DNA of 60,088 nt from the IMG/VR virus record IMGVR_UViG_3300021963_006531, positions 1 through 60,088 of that record; one strand, given 5' to 3'. The position numbers and the translations under genes are program-made. The notes beneath the pieces are model-generated. The model was given only the letters and a program-made list of their open reading frames with translations. It had not been told where the DNA came from and ran no database searches. Origin of the DNA: a virus. Lineage: Duplodnaviria; Caudoviricetes. How positions within the stretch are numbered: the stretch's first letter is position 1; the number at the start of each line of letters is the position of its first letter. This document shows, piece after piece, positions 19,301 through 28,994 of the stretch.

Positions 19301-19443
19301 ATACAAGACCTAGACATCTTGTATTAAGAGGTAAAATAAACGGCGCATCAAGAACAGTGAATATTGCGGCTTCTGATCCCAATGGTTCAAGTACATTTAT
19401 TTTCTTGGACGGATTTTGGTGGAGAACCGCTAACGTGGCGTAA
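16306..19443 (+). CDS. Baseplate/tail fibre structural protein
   Basis: VNIGTNPNDGTGDDLRSAFLKVNDNF N-terminal motif, GNASTATALQT-x-R-x-ING fibre motif and DATSKKYVD. Confidence 0.75.
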   Translation: MSIQYVNIGTNPNDGTGDDLRSAFLKVNDNFQLLATIGGETNYGANLGGGTGEVYAGKVNEVLNFRTIAGGPGIALTVEGNVVRITNTFTSPSAFTKIYGDDPNTYFEAQTPSSSFRIIGDGLISTQIVSNELTISGDFNLINDQLPKLGADLDLNSNDITGTGNISHVGSILTDNLTVGRSSGPGNFPSATLLNGTLTVRANSILASVSATTVNASTSVTAPLFNATGNGFIGPLAGNTTGIHYGNVNIKGLGVPDTVVVNTATSPATITGSHVGTFSGSLTGTLSTGGLNLNSNDITGIGTISVTAPDSISKFPLIANAFYHPGGISGFIVPSISDLGNSTILSMEQQTFGMSESLRLRSTSINSSQSYPLGTSIAFESVNTIDEDLPNYDPLNLPTQPEYQLQGYLGILNYKPYEQFSDPAFTLPNETEFSTFVTRVRKRSFSPNDPYLLDVIIARGDGRVTLGEGIDILDSTIRPYRVLNGAGTGEQPSINDLIIYTERSDTYINFYGAYAQPAGKGPALGGYSFPKTIGAPGQVLAVRTPDGINPNNLLEWTTPSGGGGGGGGATTFLNLTDTPISYAVGDAGKIVVVKSNLSGLEFTNTITATLNGNVTGDVTGNASTATALQTTRSINGKNFNGTQNVTLTTADIGEVNNLYYTDDRARGAISVTPGTSLSYSAGVLNITESTTSTVNSLVKRTSTGGIEVTSLKVTTIEKNTADTAITISNRLETASVISSTNDITTTGIVSAGFINLTGTGDQTISSSTKIILNPASTVDVSGKRITNLPLTVPLDNSDATSKKYVDDQTSSVYTASLQSFPIAGDSGGSLTVVKGTTVTISGSTNINTSTTVNGVQISLKTTISGVSVSGNLPVSGTLTANVAKAGNINITNNEIQQTVTGNNINLVPGSSGGSIVITGGDFKLTTNSRLFVTGSNIVEIAANSLEVEIPVTTPVTFVRTLNWVDDNAALAYGFMNDGTQGQYKTIIMLDRGNYGNALDTRPRHLVLRGKINGASRTVNIAASDPNGSSTFIFLDGFWWRTANVA

Positions 19444-19446
19444 TAT

Positions 19447-22400
19447 ATGTTAAGACCAAATTGGAATACTCAATCAGGATTAATTTCATCCTTAAATGCA
19501 GGTGTGTCAATAGAATTGTCTCTAAGTGTAGACAACGCTGTTTCAGTTGAATTAATTTCTAAGACTCTGCCACCTGGTTTAAAATTGACTAATCGAACTG
19601 TTGATGACGAACTAACTTGGTTTATTTCTGGTATTCCTTTAGATTTAGGCATAGATAAAGAATATGATTTTGTTCTAAGAGCCTCTAATTTTACTGGCCC
19701 AAATAACTCAAAATTAATTCAAGATAGAACTTTTAAATTAGTAATTGTAAGTTCTACTGCGCCCGTTCTATTAGATCCAGAAGGAACTTTAAATTTAGTA
19801 AATGCTAACGAAAATTATATATTAAACAAAAGTACTATAAGTTATCAGTTTAATGCAACTTCACCATCAATTCCTCAAGGACAAAGTTTAAAATTTTATA
19901 TTGAAGAAGGATCAGGTCAACTGCCACCAGGATTAAAATTAAGTAAAACTGGCTTGCTTTATGGAACGATTGATGATGATTTGAATTTAGATTCTAATAT
20001 TGTTCAAGGAACGTATGATAGAGATTACTATGATATGAATCCTTACGATTATTCATCTACCATTGAACCAGCATTAGCTTCTGTTACTGTTAGTCAAGGA
20101 AAAATTAATAGTACTTTACTAAACTATGGTGGTAACGGATATATTTTAGATCCTGAAGTTATTATTGGCGGGTCAATTAACCAAATCACTATTGTAAACA
20201 AAGGAACTGCATATACTACCGCACCTGAAGTGTTGTTTAGTTTAAGTCCAGTTCCAGGCGGGGTAACTGCTACTGGCTATGCTGTAATGGAAGACGACCT
20301 AGCTCCAGTGCCGTTGTTCAATTCTATTATTGATGGGGAGCAAAGTGGCTCACCAACAACATCAATTCTTGATGGTGGAGATTCCTCTGAAGAAGTTCCA
20401 ACATCAGTAATAAACGGTGGTGTTGCAAATCCAATAGTGTATCAAACATTAGGAAAACGTGTAGCAGGGATTGTTATCACCAATCCTGGAACTGGATATA
20501 CTAGTGCTCCAACTATAACTTTTAGGAATCAAAACACTGGTAATGGTGCGGAAGCAACTTGTAACTTAAGAAGCGGATCTGGTGCCCAATTGGCCGCAGT
20601 AGTCAGTAATGGTTCTGTCGCAACATTAGAAATTATTAATACAGGTAGTGGTTATTCTTCCCCACCTTTGATAAGTTTTGGTCTACCTACGGCGGGCGCA
20701 AAAATTATTTCTAGAGTTTATAAATTTGCTGTTACTGTAAGTAATGGTGAAGAAACTGACACCAAAAATTATACTATACTGGTTAAGAGTGAAGATTCTT
20801 TACGTGTTGACACTACATTTATTAGTTCTGATACTGAAGATTTTGACACCAGTAAGACTTATGTACAATCTCCAATTTGGATAAGTCCAAATGTTCTTCC
20901 TACTATAAAGGGAGACAATAATTTTATATACGATTTAGAAGTATTTGATCCAACTCCAAGTATTGGAAAAATATATTTTAGTTTAATGGATGTAAACTTT
21001 GATGGAACAGAATCTCAACTTGGGCCAGCTGATGAAATTAAAAATGCAGTTGAATATCAAATAGTATCTATTGATTTAACTAGGCCTGCATCAATAACAC
21101 TTACACAATCTAGAGTGTTTAATAATGGCGATAGAATTAAATTGTCTAATATTTCTGGGACTACTCAGTTAAACAACGGAATTTTTTACGTCAAGGTAGT
21201 TGATCCTTTCAAATATCAATTATTTTCTGATAGACTTTTAATAAATCCAATAGATGCGTTACTGTATACACCATTTACAGGCACAGGTTATGCTCGTTTC
21301 CAATCAAACTATCTAAATTTAGATTTTGACGGAGGTGAAATAAGTGGATTTATACCTTATCAACCTAGCATCACAAGGACATATAATTTTACAGTCAAGT
21401 CTGTTCGAGTGATAGACGATGTTGAAGTTGCTAGTGTTTTTAAACAATTTGAACTAACCGTAAAAGGAAATATTGAAGGTGAAATAACGTTTAATAGTCC
21501 TTCGTTATTAGGAAGTATTAGTCCAAACGAACAATCATTATTTGAAGTTGAAGCAACTTCAACTATTCCTTCCAGCTCTATCCTTTATTCTTTAGTTCCT
21601 GGTTATGGAAAAACTAGCAAAACAAATTACATAGAACTCGATTTCAGTGAACAAAATGGAAAAATTTATGTAGAAGGATATGGATTAAATCCTTTTCTAA
21701 CTCTAGAAAAGGGACAAACTTATAAAATAAATGTTTCTATTAGTAACTTTACAATAAGTTTTAGAAATAGTGATAACACCTATTATAATTTTGGTTTAAG
21801 GCACAGTACTGGCGCTGTTGAAATTGCGGCTCAAGAAAAATCATCAGGGTATTATATCTTTACTCCACCATATAGTGACGTTGCATCAATTAGAATTGTC
21901 TATACAAATATTAAAAAGAATGGCTTAATAGTTGCAGTAAAAAGATTTAATAGTACCAGTTTAACTTGGGAAAGACAATATCTTCCAACAGTATATGATG
22001 ACTATCAAGCAAGTTCTTATTATGAAAAAGAACTTTTTAATAAAGTGGAAAGAGCTCCTAATTCTGGTGTATATAATTTAGTTCCTAATGGCTCGTCTGC
22101 TCTTGCAGTTTTTATTAAATGGGCCAAGGTAGAAGTAGAGATTAAAAAATATAATCCTAATACCTTTCAATGGGAAGCACAAAATTATCCAACAGTCAAA
22201 CCTTTGACACCAAATAACGGTGATTATTGGATAGATCTTAGCGAAACAAATTTTGGATTGCTAGATTTTAGATATGTAGGTTTAGCTGGTATATGGACTC
22301 CAGTAACTGTAAATGTAGTGAACAGTGTTCCATTAAATTCATTTGGTTCAAATTATAGTTTAATTGTTGTTAAATCAAACGGAACCTTTAAGGTGATGAG

Positions 22401-23943
22401 GAAGAGTAATGGAATTTGGAAATATTTGGAAAGATTGCCTTACGGAGTAAAAGGCGCATTTGATCCAAACATATTCTATACAAAATATGATGGCGAAACA
22501 CCAGTCACCAATCTTCAATATGACGTATGGTTCAAATACACTTCAATCTTTGACGGCAATAACTCAGAAATAACCTGCACATTAAAGAGCTTGGATAGTT
22601 TACCAACAGAACTTACTGTTGGTCTCAATGGAGACATCATTGGAAAAATAAGTCCAAATACTGGATCAGTTTATAAGAGTTATTACACAGAAAATAGACT
22701 GTATCTAATAAATGATGTAGTCACATTTGAGAATAATCTTTATATTTGTGTGAATCAATATAGAAGTTCAGGAAATTGGTTAAATGAAATTACTAATTGG
22801 CAACCATATTTCTTTCCTAAGAGAGTTGTTACAAGCATAGATGCTAATATATCATCTGAAACATCAAGATTTGCAATCGCAGGACCAGATGGCACTGATA
22901 ATACTACTATAGACAAATTATTTAGATTTAGAGTTAGGGCTAACGACACACAAAATGTTGGATTTATTGACAAAGACTTTAATATTGAATATCAATCCAT
23001 CTCTAATATAACATTAACTAACATATATCTACAACCGTTCTTAAGTAAAGAAGGAAGAGATTTATACTTTAATTTTATAACAGACCCAGTAATCTTTCCA
23101 CAGAACAGCATTTATAGATTAGAGGATAGTAATTTTAGTGTACAACGTGTTCCAAAAATGTTATTATTAGGTGGAATTGAAAGTACAAGTGCTGAAAGAT
23201 ATGCCAGTGCTGTGCAAAGAAATTATTACGACAGACCACTTTATTTTGGCGAAGTAAAATCTGCTATTGCTAAAAAAGGAACAAATATTGAATATGAAGT
23301 AATTTATATTGAAATAAATGATCCTTACGAAATTAATAACGTCAGTGTCGCTGAATCAATTAAGTTAGATTTTGAATATGATCTCTTAACAGCTGATTAT
23401 ACTAAACTCAGAATGGATACTAATGAAAACACAGTTGACGACACTGGATTAGATACCGTGTATCCAAGTAGTATTACACTGATGCAAAAAGGGATTGAAA
23501 ATGTTAGTTCACAAAAAATTGAAAGTGTTCTAACATTACCAACATATGATGGCCCGTATGTTGGTGACGAGCCGTTGGGTTGGGGACTAGTTGGTAATAT
23601 AGACCCTCCTACTCTTTTTGAAGATTGGGGTTTAATCAATGAGCGAGTTGCTGTAATTGATGATTTCTTAGCTGTTACAGAAGCATTGAAAAAGGACGAT
23701 AATTACAGACCTCTGTGGATGAATACCAGTCAAGACGGAACTGGTAATATCATAGGTTTCGTAAAGGCCGTGCCAATTTGCTATTTGAAGCCAGGCGAAA
23801 GTGCCAAAGTATTAGAATTGATAAAGAAGAGCAATTTTGACTTTAAAAAGTTGAATTTTACAATAGATAGAATTATAATTCAAAATCCACAGGGTAGCAC
23901 TGGGGATAAATATATTAAGTTTATTAACAGGGAAATCATATGA
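19447..23943 (+). CDS. Large baseplate-associated structural protein with putative Ig-like domains
   Basis: Repeated LPPGLKL motifs and GxGY-x-x-x-P repeats; lies in the structural block. Confidence 0.65.
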   Translation: MLRPNWNTQSGLISSLNAGVSIELSLSVDNAVSVELISKTLPPGLKLTNRTVDDELTWFISGIPLDLGIDKEYDFVLRASNFTGPNNSKLIQDRTFKLVIVSSTAPVLLDPEGTLNLVNANENYILNKSTISYQFNATSPSIPQGQSLKFYIEEGSGQLPPGLKLSKTGLLYGTIDDDLNLDSNIVQGTYDRDYYDMNPYDYSSTIEPALASVTVSQGKINSTLLNYGGNGYILDPEVIIGGSINQITIVNKGTAYTTAPEVLFSLSPVPGGVTATGYAVMEDDLAPVPLFNSIIDGEQSGSPTTSILDGGDSSEEVPTSVINGGVANPIVYQTLGKRVAGIVITNPGTGYTSAPTITFRNQNTGNGAEATCNLRSGSGAQLAAVVSNGSVATLEIINTGSGYSSPPLISFGLPTAGAKIISRVYKFAVTVSNGEETDTKNYTILVKSEDSLRVDTTFISSDTEDFDTSKTYVQSPIWISPNVLPTIKGDNNFIYDLEVFDPTPSIGKIYFSLMDVNFDGTESQLGPADEIKNAVEYQIVSIDLTRPASITLTQSRVFNNGDRIKLSNISGTTQLNNGIFYVKVVDPFKYQLFSDRLLINPIDALLYTPFTGTGYARFQSNYLNLDFDGGEISGFIPYQPSITRTYNFTVKSVRVIDDVEVASVFKQFELTVKGNIEGEITFNSPSLLGSISPNEQSLFEVEATSTIPSSSILYSLVPGYGKTSKTNYIELDFSEQNGKIYVEGYGLNPFLTLEKGQTYKINVSISNFTISFRNSDNTYYNFGLRHSTGAVEIAAQEKSSGYYIFTPPYSDVASIRIVYTNIKKNGLIVAVKRFNSTSLTWERQYLPTVYDDYQASSYYEKELFNKVERAPNSGVYNLVPNGSSALAVFIKWAKVEVEIKKYNPNTFQWEAQNYPTVKPLTPNNGDYWIDLSETNFGLLDFRYVGLAGIWTPVTVNVVNSVPLNSFGSNYSLIVVKSNGTFKVMRKSNGIWKYLERLPYGVKGAFDPNIFYTKYDGETPVTNLQYDVWFKYTSIFDGNNSEITCTLKSLDSLPTELTVGLNGDIIGKISPNTGSVYKSYYTENRLYLINDVVTFENNLYICVNQYRSSGNWLNEITNWQPYFFPKRVVTSIDANISSETSRFAIAGPDGTDNTTIDKLFRFRVRANDTQNVGFIDKDFNIEYQSISNITLTNIYLQPFLSKEGRDLYFNFITDPVIFPQNSIYRLEDSNFSVQRVPKMLLLGGIESTSAERYASAVQRNYYDRPLYFGEVKSAIAKKGTNIEYEVIYIEINDPYEINNVSVAESIKLDFEYDLLTADYTKLRMDTNENTVDDTGLDTVYPSSITLMQKGIENVSSQKIESVLTLPTYDGPYVGDEPLGWGLVGNIDPPTLFEDWGLINERVAVIDDFLAVTEALKKDDNYRPLWMNTSQDGTGNIIGFVKAVPICYLKPGESAKVLELIKKSNFDFKKLNFTIDRIIIQNPQGSTGDKYIKFINREII

Positions 23944-24557
23944 CAGCCGTAAGCGCAATCGTTTTTAGCACAATTAATGAAAATTTTCCTACAGCTGGAC
24001 AGGATAATGACAGTCAAGGCTTTAGAGATAATTTTGCTAGGATTAAAACAGCCTTGAGCACAGCTCAAACTGAGATCACATATCTTAACACAAATTCTGT
24101 TGACAAAACAACCAACAACGATCTGGGTAATAATACCCTAAGTAATTTAATATTAAAAAATTACGGAGTAAGAAGCAGTCCAGATGTAAATTCTGCTGGT
24201 ACAGTTAATGTAATTACTTTTAGCGATTTTCAATACAAAAAATATTCAGTTAACAATACAACAAATACTTTTCAAATCGATAATTGGCCCGTGGACTGCT
24301 ATGCTGAATTTAGACTAGAAATTATTTCAGCGGCTGGCACTAAAAGAGTACAGTTCCAAAAAGGCGTTATCAATAACAGTTTAGGTAGCCCTACACAATA
24401 TCTACACTTAGGACAAGGATTTGGTAACACCAATTATGTAGATTGTATTAGAGAAGCAAATAGTAAACTACAACGATACGTCTTTAAAATTTCTAGCCCA
24501 GATGGCGGTATCAATACCTTTGTAGATTTAGAAGGCGTATATCAACAACAGGCTTGA
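23940..24557 (+). CDS. Putative virion structural protein
   Basis: INENFP-x-AGQDNDSQGFRDNF N-terminus; ATGA coupling to the upstream gene; TAAATA at 23907-23912. Confidence 0.55.
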   Translation: MTAVSAIVFSTINENFPTAGQDNDSQGFRDNFARIKTALSTAQTEITYLNTNSVDKTTNNDLGNNTLSNLILKNYGVRSSPDVNSAGTVNVITFSDFQYKKYSVNNTTNTFQIDNWPVDCYAEFRLEIISAAGTKRVQFQKGVINNSLGSPTQYLHLGQGFGNTNYVDCIREANSKLQRYVFKISSPDGGINTFVDLEGVYQQQA

Positions 24558-24559
24558 TA

Positions 24560-24796
24560 ATGCACCCACTTCAGATAGATTTATCAAAGATCTCTGATAG
24601 CGAGTTAGAAGAAAAAATCAGAGATCTTACTAAAAAATACACTACCGTTTTACAGGTAAGTCCTTCAGCAAGCACCCAGCTATTAATGCTCTTAGAAGAT
24701 TATAAAATTGAAAAAGAATCTAGAGAGCAAAGAAAAATAGAAGCAATGAATAAAGATCTAGGCAAAGACCTAGATGATCTAATCAATATTGGTTGA
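24560..24796 (+). CDS. Hypothetical protein
   Basis: Short helical, charged ORF filling the gap; ATG 24560 preferred over the listed TTG. Confidence 0.6.
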   Translation: MHPLQIDLSKISDSELEEKIRDLTKKYTTVLQVSPSASTQLLMLLEDYKIEKESREQRKIEAMNKDLGKDLDDLINIG

Positions 24797-24821
24797 CATC
24801 AAACGCAAAATGTAATAAAAT
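24793..24821 (+). promoter_or_regulatory. Sigma70-type promoter, probably giving a leaderless transcript
   Basis: TTGACA (24793-24798), 17 nt, TAAAAT (24816-24821), 6 nt, ATG 24828; no Shine-Dalgarno. Confidence 0.8.
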
Positions 24822-24827
24822 ACATGT

Positions 24828-25346
24828 ATGCGTGTGAATCAGTATGGTCAAATTATTAGGTCTGAAAAAGAAGTAATTGACGCTCTTTTTCAAAATCCAA
24901 ATTTAGATATATCTATGATTGAATTTGACAACGATAATATTGTTGAAAAATTCAATAATTCTTGTGATGCTTGCGGAATCAATCTTCAAATTAAAAAGAA
25001 TAAAGAAATAGACATTACTATTGAAGAGTTTGATAAAAATAATCAACAACAATGGTTCATACCAGATGAAACAAATAACTTTGATATTGAAACATGGTTA
25101 TTTGAACAATGTCAAACTGAAAAAGAATTTTTTAGAGTAAAAGATGAATTGGAATTATATCATCAATTCAATTTACGACAAATATTGATAATTGCAAAAT
25201 ATTTGGTCGATACGTTTAGAAAAAATCAATTAGTTTGGGGTGTTGGTAGGGGTAGTAGTGTTGCCAGCTACTGTCTATACCTAATAGGTTTACACAAAAT
25301 TGATAGTCTAAAATATAATTTAGATGTCAGAGAGTTTCTAAAATAA
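24828..25346 (+). CDS. Stand-alone fragment homologous to DNA polymerase III alpha (DnaE) NTPase/palm region
   Basis: WGVGRGSSVASYCLYLIGLHKIDSLKYNLDVREFL matches the DnaE G-x-GRGS-x-x-x-SLV-x-Y-x-LGIT-x-x-DP-x-x-x-x-L-x-FERFL motif; ends before the catalytic DxD. Confidence 0.8.
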   Translation: MRVNQYGQIIRSEKEVIDALFQNPNLDISMIEFDNDNIVEKFNNSCDACGINLQIKKNKEIDITIEEFDKNNQQQWFIPDETNNFDIETWLFEQCQTEKEFFRVKDELELYHQFNLRQILIIAKYLVDTFRKNQLVWGVGRGSSVASYCLYLIGLHKIDSLKYNLDVREFLK

Positions 25347-25367
25347 GTATAAGACAAGGAGAACACC

Positions 25368-25670
25368 ATGGCTGAAAGAAAGATTTATAAGACAATGCAG
25401 GGAAAAGAAATAGATTTTGATAGTTTAAGACTATCTAATGAACTAGTTCCTGCTGTGGGAAATATGCGTGTAAACGCTCGAGGCGATGAAATACGTCCCA
25501 ATGGTGAGATTGTTCGTTCAAGAGACGAAATCACTGAAGCAAAAACACAAGTTGAAATTCAACAAATACAAGAAACTGAGTTTTCTGAGGATTTTGGTCC
25601 GGAACCAGAAATTACTCCAGAACAAGCACAGGAAATACTTGCTAAGAGAAAAAAGCCACAGGAGAAGTAA
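25368..25670 (+). CDS. Hypothetical protein
   Basis: Strong AAGGAG RBS; abuts groES. Confidence 0.7.
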   Translation: MAERKIYKTMQGKEIDFDSLRLSNELVPAVGNMRVNARGDEIRPNGEIVRSRDEITEAKTQVEIQQIQETEFSEDFGPEPEITPEQAQEILAKRKKPQEK

Positions 25671-26045
25671 ATGTCAAAAATAAAAGGAACACTTAGACCA
25701 TTGAAAGACAAAGTTATAGTAACTGACATGAACTTTGGCGAGGGTAAAACTAAAGGTGGTATTTTACTTACTAGTGATGATGGCAAAAGTAGTGGATTAC
25801 ACCCAAGATGGTGTCGTGTTTTATTCGTAGGTGATGAACAAAAAGATATCAAAGTTGGACAGTGGTTGCTTATGCAACACGGTCGTTGGACTAGAGCAAT
25901 GACTTACGAAAATGATCAAGGTGAAGAAATTAAAATTCATATGATTGATTTGGAAGGTGTGCTTTTAGCAAGTGATGAAAAACCAGAAGATGGTGATGAA
26001 AGAGTAGCAATTGGTGCTATGAACTTTAATATTCCAGGACAATAA
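25671..26045 (+). CDS. groES: Co-chaperonin GroES-like protein
   Basis: LRPLKDKVIV...GEGKTKGGILL mobile-loop motif, V-x-x-VG and IKVG. Confidence 0.8.
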   Translation: MSKIKGTLRPLKDKVIVTDMNFGEGKTKGGILLTSDDGKSSGLHPRWCRVLFVGDEQKDIKVGQWLLMQHGRWTRAMTYENDQGEEIKIHMIDLEGVLLASDEKPEDGDERVAIGAMNFNIPGQ

Positions 26046-26419
26046 TGACAAATCCATTTAAAGATCAAGAAAAATTTATGCGGGCCTGTGACCAATCAGT
26101 TGAAGGCTTTAACCAAGAGCAGTTTAATTTGTATGTTAAGCTAATTGACGAAGAATTTAACGATGAGTTAAAAACTGCAATAAGCAATAATGATCCAGTG
26201 GAGACTCTAGACGCACTTCTAGATATTCTAGTTGTAACTATTGGTGCTATACATAGTATGGGTGCAGATGGAGAAGGGGGTTGGAAAGAAGTCATGAAGA
26301 CCAACTTTGCCAAAATTGATAAAGATACCGGAAAAGTTCGTAAACGTGAAGACGGTAAGGTATTGAAACCGGTCGGATGGGTTCCTCCAAATTTACGACC
26401 GTTTAGCACTAAGCAATAA
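26045..26419 (+). CDS. MazG-like / PRA-PH family NTP pyrophosphohydrolase
   Basis: LIDEEF-x-x-EL...ETLDALLDILVV...EV-x-x-TNFAK...REDGKVLKP-x-GW-x-PP. Confidence 0.85.
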   Translation: MTNPFKDQEKFMRACDQSVEGFNQEQFNLYVKLIDEEFNDELKTAISNNDPVETLDALLDILVVTIGAIHSMGADGEGGWKEVMKTNFAKIDKDTGKVRKREDGKVLKPVGWVPPNLRPFSTKQ

Positions 26420-26425
26420 AATCAT

Positions 26426-26450
26426 AGGGTCTTGACAGGCCCTTTCTTTT
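26426..26450 (+). terminator. Intrinsic terminator whose loop carries a -35 box
   Basis: AGGGTCT-TGAC-AGGCCCT stem-loop (one G:U pair) followed by TTCTTTT. Confidence 0.7.
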
Positions 26451-26460
26451 CCTTTATAAT
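26432..26460 (+). promoter_or_regulatory. Perfect-consensus sigma70 promoter
   Basis: TTGACA (26432-26437), 17 nt, TATAAT (26455-26460); AGGAGG RBS downstream. Confidence 0.88.
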
Positions 26461-26481
26461 ATATGAAAATAGGAGGGTCTT

Positions 26482-26853
26482 ATGACTACAAAAGACTTAG
26501 AAAAAGAAATAGAATTAGCTGAAGATCTAAAAGGCAAGTTAGATCAAATTGAAGGCAAAAAAACATCAAAAAGATCAAAGAAAACCGTTTCGCAAGAAGT
26601 TAAAAGTCCAACCGACGCAGACAAAACTGCTAATGTGGGTGAATTGGATTTGATGAAACAAAAATTAGTTCAGCTGGAAGAAATTAAAGAAGAAAACAAT
26701 TATCCAGATCCAGTAAAACATAAACATATTAGTTTTATTAAAAGTGGCTTTAGAATTTTAGCAGGTGCTACTTTATTTTTTGGTGAGTTCGCTATAGCAG
26801 GTGTTTTGTTTATTGTTGCTGAGTTACTTGGCGTCTATGAAGAAATAGTATGA
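26482..26853 (+). CDS. Hypothetical protein with C-terminal hydrophobic segment
   Basis: AGGAGG RBS; charged N-terminus and hydrophobic C-terminus. Confidence 0.7.
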   Translation: MTTKDLEKEIELAEDLKGKLDQIEGKKTSKRSKKTVSQEVKSPTDADKTANVGELDLMKQKLVQLEEIKEENNYPDPVKHKHISFIKSGFRILAGATLFFGEFAIAGVLFIVAELLGVYEEIV

Positions 26854-27254
26854 GAATAGGTTTTACTTGCAGTACGTTTGATTTATTTCATGCAGGGCAT
26901 GTAATGATGCTTGAAGAAGCTAGAAAGCAATGCGAGTTTTTGATTGTTGGATTACAAAGTGATCCAACAATTGATCGTCCAGGAATCAAAAATAAACCTG
27001 TACAAGGACTTTTTGAACGTTGGGCGCAATTAAGAGCTTGTAAATTTGTAGATCAAATTGTTCCTTATAGTACTGAAAAAGAACTTAGAGATATTTTACT
27101 TTCTTTTCCCATTAATGTTAGAATATTAGGTGAAGAGTATGCAGGTAAAGAATTCACTGGTCATGACATTCCTATGGAATTTTATTTTAATCAACGTAAA
27201 CACAGTTTTTCAACAAGAGAATTAAGACAACGAGTTATAGAGGCTAATAAATGA
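26850..27254 (+). CDS. Glycerol-3-phosphate cytidylyltransferase-like (TagD family) enzyme
   Basis: STFDLFHAGH (HxGH motif), LIVGLQSDP, KNKPVQ, and FSTRELR. Confidence 0.85.
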   Translation: MRIGFTCSTFDLFHAGHVMMLEEARKQCEFLIVGLQSDPTIDRPGIKNKPVQGLFERWAQLRACKFVDQIVPYSTEKELRDILLSFPINVRILGEEYAGKEFTGHDIPMEFYFNQRKHSFSTRELRQRVIEANK

Positions 27255-28171
27255 AACAGTTATGGGTAGAAAAATATCGTCCAAAAACAGTTGACGGTTA
27301 TGTTTTTAGAGACGACAATCAACGTATGCAAGTACAGTCTTGGATTAAACAGGGAAGTATTCCACACTTACTTTTAAGTGGTAGTCCCGGCATTGGAAAA
27401 ACTACTTTGGCAAAACTTCTGCTCAATGAGTTAGAAATTCCAGATTATGATGTATTAGAGATTAATGCATCACGTGAAAGAGGTATTGGGGAAGTTAGAG
27501 ATAGAATTACTAATTTTATTAGCATGATGCCATTTGGTCCTTTCAAGGTAGTATTGCTAGACGAAGCAGACATGCTGACTCCGGAAGCGCAGGCTGCTAT
27601 GCGTGGTGTTATGGAAGAGTATGCAAGTACAAGTCGATTTATTTTGACTTGTAATCATCCTAATCAAATTATACCTGCAATACACAGTCGTTGCCAACAA
27701 TTCCACTTTGAAAAAATTGATCAAACAGAATTTACTGCTCGTGTAGCGACAATTCTTGTTGAAGAAAATATTGAATTTGATTTAGATACTTTGGACACAT
27801 ACGTTAAAGTAACATATCCAGACTTACGTAAATGTATTAATCTAGTTCAACAAAATTGTAGAGACAATTCACTAGTAGCACCCAATTCCAATGATGCAGG
27901 AATGCAAGATTGGAAAATTAAAATGGTAGAATTGTTCAAAGCTGGTAAGATACAAGATGCACGTAAGCTAATTTGTTCAAGTGCTCGACCAGAAGAATTA
28001 GGTAGTGTTTATCGTTGGATGTATGACAATTTAGATGTTTTTAGTAAAGAAGATGAAGTACAGGACCAAGCAGTACTAATCATTAAACAAGGCTTAGTTG
28101 ATCATACGTTGATTGCAGATCCAGAAATTAATCTAAGTGCAACTTTAATTAAATTAGCTAGACTATCATGA
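27251..28171 (+). CDS. Clamp loader AAA+ subunit (RFC small subunit / T4 gp44-like)
   Basis: LWVEKYRPK, Walker [15 protein letters not shown], Walker B LLDEAD and SRC motif. Confidence 0.93.
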   Translation: MKQLWVEKYRPKTVDGYVFRDDNQRMQVQSWIKQGSIPHLLLSGSPGIGKTTLAKLLLNELEIPDYDVLEINASRERGIGEVRDRITNFISMMPFGPFKVVLLDEADMLTPEAQAAMRGVMEEYASTSRFILTCNHPNQIIPAIHSRCQQFHFEKIDQTEFTARVATILVEENIEFDLDTLDTYVKVTYPDLRKCINLVQQNCRDNSLVAPNSNDAGMQDWKIKMVELFKAGKIQDARKLICSSARPEELGSVYRWMYDNLDVFSKEDEVQDQAVLIIKQGLVDHTLIADPEINLSATLIKLARLS

Positions 28172-28491
28172 CATTCTTAGTTACAGAAAATTGTATTAAA
28201 TGCAAATTTACAGACTGCGTTGCAGTTTGTCCAGTTGACTGCTTCCATGAAGGACCAAATTTTCTAGCTATTAATCCAGACGAATGTATTGATTGCGGAG
28301 TATGTGTTCCTGAATGCCCCGCTGATGCGATAGTTGCAGATAATGATGCAACTGTAGATGTTCCATTTTGGCGTGACTTGAATAAAAAATTAAGTAATCA
28401 ATGGCCTGTCATAACTAGGAAAAAAGATCCACTGCCTGATGCAGATCAATGGAACGGAACTCCAAATAAAATAAATTTATTAGAACCATAA
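28168..28491 (+). CDS. fdxA: 7Fe ferredoxin (FdxA type)
   Basis: [18 protein letters not shown]...[21 protein letters not shown] and typical C-terminal extension. Confidence 0.93.
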   Translation: MTFLVTENCIKCKFTDCVAVCPVDCFHEGPNFLAINPDECIDCGVCVPECPADAIVADNDATVDVPFWRDLNKKLSNQWPVITRKKDPLPDADQWNGTPNKINLLEP

Positions 28492-28970
28492 TGAGTAATT
28501 CTGCCAAAGGAAAAGACAGTTATGATTCAAAAATAGGGGATACGCTTGTCCCCTTTTTTAATCGCAATGTAACTCCTTATCCTACAGAAGTTGGCGCTCC
28601 TAATTTTGATTTAATACCTGTATCTAAACAAAAAGATATAATGATAAATCATGCTAGGATGTATGCCCAGCAAGAGTATAACAGAATTATGGAACTGGTT
28701 ACAGTTTTACAAAAACAAGCAGAGTCTATCAAAAGAAGATTAGATATTACTGATGCAGTCCATGCCGCTGAGTATCAATTTCAAGTGGTAATGGGCCAAT
28801 GTTATTGGTTAGTATGGGATACTAGAAAAGAAAAAACGTTATTGACCCACACTGGACCAAAAGACTGGAGTACTGGTGCTCCTGAAGATTATGCCTATCA
28901 AACCCGTGTAAGATATATGGGTGACCATACTTGGTTAGAAGTGGACGAAGAAGGAAATGCTAAAGAATAG
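28491..28970 (+). CDS. Conserved hypothetical protein (DUF2452-like)
   Basis: PYPTEVGAP-x-F, coiled-coil middle, G-x-x-Y-x-L and D-x-TW pattern; family assignment from memory. Confidence 0.55.
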   Translation: MSNSAKGKDSYDSKIGDTLVPFFNRNVTPYPTEVGAPNFDLIPVSKQKDIMINHARMYAQQEYNRIMELVTVLQKQAESIKRRLDITDAVHAAEYQFQVVMGQCYWLVWDTRKEKTLLTHTGPKDWSTGAPEDYAYQTRVRYMGDHTWLEVDEEGNAKE

Positions 28971-28994
28971 AAAAGGGGCAAATTGCCCCTTTTC
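28970..28994. terminator. Bidirectional intrinsic terminator between convergent genes
   Basis: GAAAAGGGGCA-AAT-TGCCCCTTTTC perfect inverted repeat with T-tracts on both strands. Confidence 0.9.

Noticed and set aside
1421-23639. Numerous 60-145 aa antisense or alternate-frame ORFs inside the structural genes
   Set aside because: Shadow ORFs of long, codon-biased genes, with no RBS, promoter or recognisable motif.
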